Program-made: the position numbers and the translations under genes
Origin: a virus
Taxonomy: Duplodnaviria > Heunggongvirae > Uroviricota > Caudoviricetes
Reading direction: 5' to 3' (one strand)
IMG/VR virus record: IMGVR_UViG_2541047722_000019
Length of the DNA: 29,355 bases
The notes under the pieces: model-generated
Told to the model about the DNA's origin: nothing
What the model saw: only the letters and a program-made list of their open reading frames with translations
Databases searched by the model: none
In this document: positions 25,741 to 29,355 of the stretch, one piece after another
Layout of the letters: every line of letters begins with the position of its first letter
Position numbering within the stretch: the first letter of the stretch is position 1

Positions 25741-25945
25741 ATCTGTTGTATGTGCCCTGTTCTGGTATTGTTTTGTCGGTTGGTGTACTGCTGAACTGCA
25801 CCGCCGTTCAGGGTTTTATTCACGTTACAGTGGTGCTGGCTACTGGATTAGCTGGTCGGTGATGTTCCTGTGCTGGCCTGTGGCGCTTCCTTTATATGTC
25901 GATTATATCGGTGGCGCAGGTAAAAGGAGCAACGATGATGACTAA
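25730..25945 (+). CDS. Small membrane protein
   Basis: 71 aa from ATG 25730 with two hydrophobic helices (VVCALFWYCFVGWC and WISWSVMFLCWPVALPLYV). The track ORF 25574..25945 has a non-protein-like N-terminal extension. Confidence 0.4.
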   Translation: MTAESVVCALFWYCFVGWCTAELHRRSGFYSRYSGAGYWISWSVMFLCWPVALPLYVDYIGGAGKRSNDDD

Positions 25946-26387
25946 ACAACGTCTTATCCAGCTCATTCATATTGCCCGTAATGAACTGGGTATGGATGAA
26001 GACACCTACCGCCAGATGTTACAGGGGCTGACCGGTAAAGCCTCAACCAAAGGAATGGATACCACACAACTAAACTGCGTGCTGGAATCCATGAAAAGGA
26101 AAGGCTTTCGCGTTAAGCCTGCCGGAAAAGCCAGCTCCGGTTTACCGCTGGATAACCATCCGCAGTCCAGGAAAATCCGTGCGCTATGGCTTGAAATGGC
26201 TGCTGCCGGCATTGTTCGTGACCGTTCAGAAAATGCATTAGCGCGGTGGATCAAGCGGGAAACGGGCATCAGCGCCCTGCGCTGGCTCAGTACTGAACAG
26301 GCAAGCAGTGTTATTGAGAAACTGAAGAAGTGGCAGCGCAGAGCTGCGGGAGTCAAACATGAGCGACCTGAATCAGTTTCGAAGTAA
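25934..26387 (+). CDS. GemA-like early protein
   Basis: ATG with AAGGAG upstream; immediately upstream of the Mor-like gene, as gemA is in Mu. Confidence 0.55.
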
Positions 26388-26757
26388 AGGGCCGGAACTC
26401 CTGGTGGAGCTGGCACAGCATACCTCTGAGACCGTTCGCGAGATTATTGATATTGAGCCCGCAATTGCCGACCAGATTGGTCAGGCCGTCGCGAACCGAA
26501 TGATGCAGGTCTGGGGCGGGCAAAACGTTTATTTCCCGATGGGCATGGTATGGAAGGTCAGTCAGCGCGACCGGGAAATCTTCAGGGAGTTTAACGGACG
26601 CAACCACCACGAACTGGCCCGCAAGTTTGGTGTTTCGCTTCAGTGGGTCTACAGCGTGGTTAAGCGGGTCAGAAAAGAAGAACTGGATCGGATGCAGGGC
26701 AGGTTGTTTGATGAAGATCTGCCAGAGGAGACGAAAGACGTTAACAAATCCAGATAA
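26359..26757 (+). CDS. mor: Mor/C-family transcriptional activator
   Basis: 132 aa; GGQNVYFP and FNGRNHHELARKFGVSLQWVYSVVKRVR match the Mor/C C-terminal DNA-binding region. Last early cistron. Confidence 0.8.
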   Translation: MSDLNQFRSKGPELLVELAQHTSETVREIIDIEPAIADQIGQAVANRMMQVWGGQNVYFPMGMVWKVSQRDREIFREFNGRNHHELARKFGVSLQWVYSVVKRVRKEELDRMQGRLFDEDLPEETKDVNKSR

Positions 26758-26801
26758 TTCCTGCTTGTTAAAGTCCTTTCAAAAATCTCCTTATTGTATA
26801 A

Positions 26802-26835
26802 AAGCACGGTAGACCCCTTACCGTGCTTTTTTTAT
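26802..26835 (+). terminator. Rho-independent terminator ending the early operon
   Basis: Perfect 10-bp stem AAGCACGGTA / TACCGTGCTT, 7-nt loop, followed by TTTTTTTAT. Confidence 0.65.
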
Positions 26836-26871
26836 GCTCTCTCTTTAGTATTCAGGATGCAGGGAGAAAAT

Positions 26872-27504
26872 ATGTTTGACGTTTCGTTGTTAAATCTGCC
26901 ATGGGCAACACTGGTGACCCTGACCAGTGGCTATATTGGGTATTTTATTGCGAATGTGGGACTGAAGGATCACCACAAGCCCATTGAGGTGACTTTTTCT
27001 TCGCTGATTTTTGGCCTGACAGCAATGATGGCTTACCAGGCTGTTATGTGGGCAGGTCTGAATGCCTGGCTGGCAACACCACCAGCACTTCTGTGTGCCC
27101 TTACATGCGGTGCGTGGTGGCGCAGGTACGGTCGCAAATGGATGTACAGATTACTGTGGAATAATGATATTTCATGGTCTGACGATACCAGCTCAGCATG
27201 GCAGGCAATGTTTGATCAAACAGGCTTCAGCGTTACCGAGGTCAGAGTGATTCTTCGCGATGGTTCCGGTATGATGTCACGGCTGCCAGGGAACTTTGAA
27301 GAGTGGCCTAACGGTCCGTTTACCCTGGGGAATAAAGGCGATATGGTTCTTTACGTCACGCACAGCAGCCCTTCAGGCAGTAACGAATGGGAAGAGTATA
27401 AAGGCGTGGTTGATAAGTACTGGGGAGCTCTGGCAACCTATATTCCAGCAGATCAGATTGCCAGAGTGGAGATCAGGCGCGTTCGTGCAACGAACGATGA
27501 ATGA
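26872..27504 (+). CDS. Membrane protein with three N-terminal helices and a soluble C-terminal domain; end-proximal cargo candidate
   Basis: ATG 26872 with GGGAG 7 nt upstream; the track ORF from 26794 would start inside the terminator. Located after the terminator, as the last gene before the prophage end. Confidence 0.55.
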   Translation: MFDVSLLNLPWATLVTLTSGYIGYFIANVGLKDHHKPIEVTFSSLIFGLTAMMAYQAVMWAGLNAWLATPPALLCALTCGAWWRRYGRKWMYRLLWNNDISWSDDTSSAWQAMFDQTGFSVTEVRVILRDGSGMMSRLPGNFEEWPNGPFTLGNKGDMVLYVTHSSPSGSNEWEEYKGVVDKYWGALATYIPADQIARVEIRRVRATNDE

Positions 27505-27507
27505 TGT

Positions 27508-27669
27508 TTATTTTTTCCCTGGGGCAGGGGCTGCCGGCATAGTGGTTTTATTGGCAGAGGAAGACGATTCTCCTTTTCTACCGGAATCGCGCTCGAACGT
27601 CACGATGTGCTTGCTTTTGGGCTTTTCTGAGTAATCCAGGCTATCATGCTTATTGTTTTGAGTAGTCAT
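27508..27669 (-). CDS. Possible 53-aa hydrophilic ORF convergent with the membrane protein gene
   Basis: ATG with AGGA upstream; MTTQNNKHDSLDYSEKPKSKHIVTFERDSGRKGESSSSANKTTMPAAPAPGKK. Short and partly low-complexity, so could be spurious. Confidence 0.2.
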   Translation of the reverse strand: MTTQNNKHDSLDYSEKPKSKHIVTFERDSGRKGESSSSANKTTMPAAPAPGKK

Positions 27670-27819
27670 TGGAATCATCCTTTTTGTTGCGGGTCATGTT
27701 TCAGCAAACTCGATTCTAAGTTGCCAGGAAGGATGATTTCAATGCCCGACTTATCTATCGTATAGCGGAAAAGAATTTCAGTTCTGTTCACCAGAACCCA
27801 TGTTAACCCACTCCAATTC

Positions 27820-27865
27820 GTTATTTATCTCACGGATCCCCCTTCATTTATCTCATGTCTGATCA
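27820..27865. repeat. Prophage terminus with direct repeats (candidate transposase-binding sites)
   Basis: ATTTATCTCA occurs at 27823-27832 and 27846-27855, with a related CTTATCTATCG at ~27750. On the host-facing strand the element end reads 5'-TGATCAGACATGAGATAAATG. Confidence 0.45.
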
Positions 27866-29355
27866 CTGCCGTGAGCAGAGGCGCGCAGGATCGACCGTAG
27901 TTGTGTGGTAAACAACGACGCGTATTCTTCATAAATACGCACCGCGCGATAACCGAGGAACGGGTTAGCTTCTGCCGGAATGTTCAGATAATCAACGGGT
28001 TTATCACCGCCAATGTCCATAGTGCGCACAATAATGCTGCGTCCGTTGGCAGACTCCAGCGCCTGACAAAAAATGTTGTACAGCTCGCTTTCGCCCGGTG
28101 CACTGGTGCGATCCATATAGAGCATTTCAGTGCGGAACAAACCAACGCCTTCCGCACCATTGCCGAATGCGGCCTGCGCTTCCACGGAGTGAGCGATGTT
28201 AGCGGCAATTTCAATGCGGATACCGTCAGCGGTACGCGCTTGCTGGGTCAGCCAGACACGCTGTTGCTCACGCAGAGCGTCCTGTACGCGGGCTTCTTGC
28301 TGATAATAACGGGCCACGGATTCCCCTGGCTCAACCACAATCGCCCCTGCGTTGCCGTCGATATAAATCGTCTGATGCTGCCACGGAGTAAGGGCAGCAA
28401 TATCCACACCTACCAGCGTCGGAATGTTGAACGAACGGGCAAGGATCACAGTATGTGAGGTGGTGCCGCCACTTTTCAGTAACAGACCTTTGAGATGATT
28501 TTTATCCAGTTCGAGGAACTGGCTGGGGGTCAGTTCATCAGCCATACAAATGGCGGGCTGCGTCAGTTTGCCCGGTGCCGGGAAGCGTTGCTCACCGTAG
28601 ATTTGCTGGAGTAACTGGAAGCAGACGTCGCGTACGTCCAGGGCACGTTCTTGCAGGTAGCTGCTGCTGGAACGGGCGAACTCTTCGCAAAAGTGATTCG
28701 CACTGGCAACAATCGCTTCGGCGCAGCTTAATCCGGCGCTGACACCTGCCAGTAAATGTTCGCGCAGGGAAGTATCGCCAGCCAGGGATCGGTGCGCTTC
28801 CAGAATCGCGCTGGTAGCACCGTCGCTATCCAGCAGACGAAACTCTATGTTTTTCAGTACCAGCGTCAGACCGTTTTCCAGTGCGGATTGTTCGGCGTCA
28901 ACGCCTTTGGCTGCGGGAAGATTACCCAGCGCATTGAGATCTAAAGAAGAGATCGGCGTCAGAATGCCGCCTGCGCTACCACTGCACACGGTGCGAGCAC
29001 GGATAATTTGCGGATTCAGATTGGTCAGTGAAACCGGCAGTGGTTCCAGTTCGTCAGATTTTACTTCCGCCAGCGGTGCGTCGCAGTGGGGGAATTCATC
29101 GCGCAGCCATTGGCTTAAACGCTGGTACGCTTCCTGTTCGTCGGCCCCGGAAATCAGTAACTGGCAGTTATCGCCCACCAGCGTATCGGTGCCAATCAGC
29201 GCAAGGGCGCTTTTGGCGTTGCCCTTGCGGTCAGTGCGCAGGTTATGCCACTCAATTTGTGATGAAAAAGTATTACACAGCGTTTCAACGTGGCTTGCCG
29301 GACGCGCATGGACGCCGTTAGGTAGCTCACAAATAAATTCCACAATCAGGGCCAT
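27866..29355 (-). pseudogene. ptsA: Host PTS multiphosphoryl transfer protein (HPr-Enzyme I fusion), 5' ~1.5 kb only, interrupted by prophage insertion
   Basis: HPr signature GVHARPASH at the N-terminus, EI phospho-His motif GGTTSHTVILARSFNIPTLVG, and PEP-utilising motifs GAEGVGLFRTEMLYMDR and NPFLGYRAVRIY. The reading frame ends at ...LRASAHGSDQT*, mid-domain. Symbol is from recollection of the E. coli PtsA/FrwA N-terminus; a FryA-type paralogue is not excluded. Confidence 0.6.

Larger units (their letters stand above)
1..27865. mobile_element. Mu-like transposable prophage (contractile-tail phage), one end inside the window at ~27865, other end beyond window start
   Basis: Co-occurrence of a DD(35)E transposase, MuB-like ATPase, Gam, GemA-like and Mor-like genes with a Mu-ordered late gene set (terminase, portal, F, G, I, capsid, sheath, tube, chaperone, tape measure). 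Host EI-family gene is truncated at ~27866. Boundary is approximate. Confidence 0.8.

Noticed and set aside
26794-26871. Start of the membrane protein ORF at 26794
   Set aside because: This start lies inside the terminator stem-loop and has no SD; ATG 26872 with GGGAG upstream is preferred.
1-29355. CRISPR arrays, tRNA or rRNA genes
   Set aside because: No regularly spaced direct repeats, no cloverleaf-compatible 70-90 nt segments in the few non-coding gaps, and no rRNA-like conserved stretches were seen.

Overview
The window is almost entirely a Mu-like transposable myovirus prophage (1..~27865) inserted into a host PTS HPr-Enzyme I fusion gene (27866..29355, minus strand, truncated). Layout is divergent around a central switch. 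The late operon is on the minus strand, running from ~15760 down to 1: lysis cassette (holin-like protein, lytic-transglycosylase endolysin, embedded i-/o-spanin pair), small and large terminase, portal, Mu-F-like protein, G-like protein, I-like protease/scaffold, major capsid, connector proteins, sheath, tube, a tail-assembly chaperone with a +1/-2 frameshift, and a tape measure gene cut by the window start. The switch is an XRE-type repressor (minus) opposite a Ner-like gene (plus). The early operon is on the plus strand (18707..26757): DD(35)E transposase, MuB-like ATPase, Gam, a MazG-like protein, GemA-like and Mor-like regulators, plus several unknown ORFs. Two stretches look like cargo rather than core phage: a P-loop NTPase / convergent ORF / Dam-like methyltransferase island (15858..18151), and a terminator-insulated membrane protein next to the prophage end (26872..27504). 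No rRNA, tRNA or CRISPR array was seen. All calls rest on reading the six-frame translations, motifs and gene order; no database search was run.
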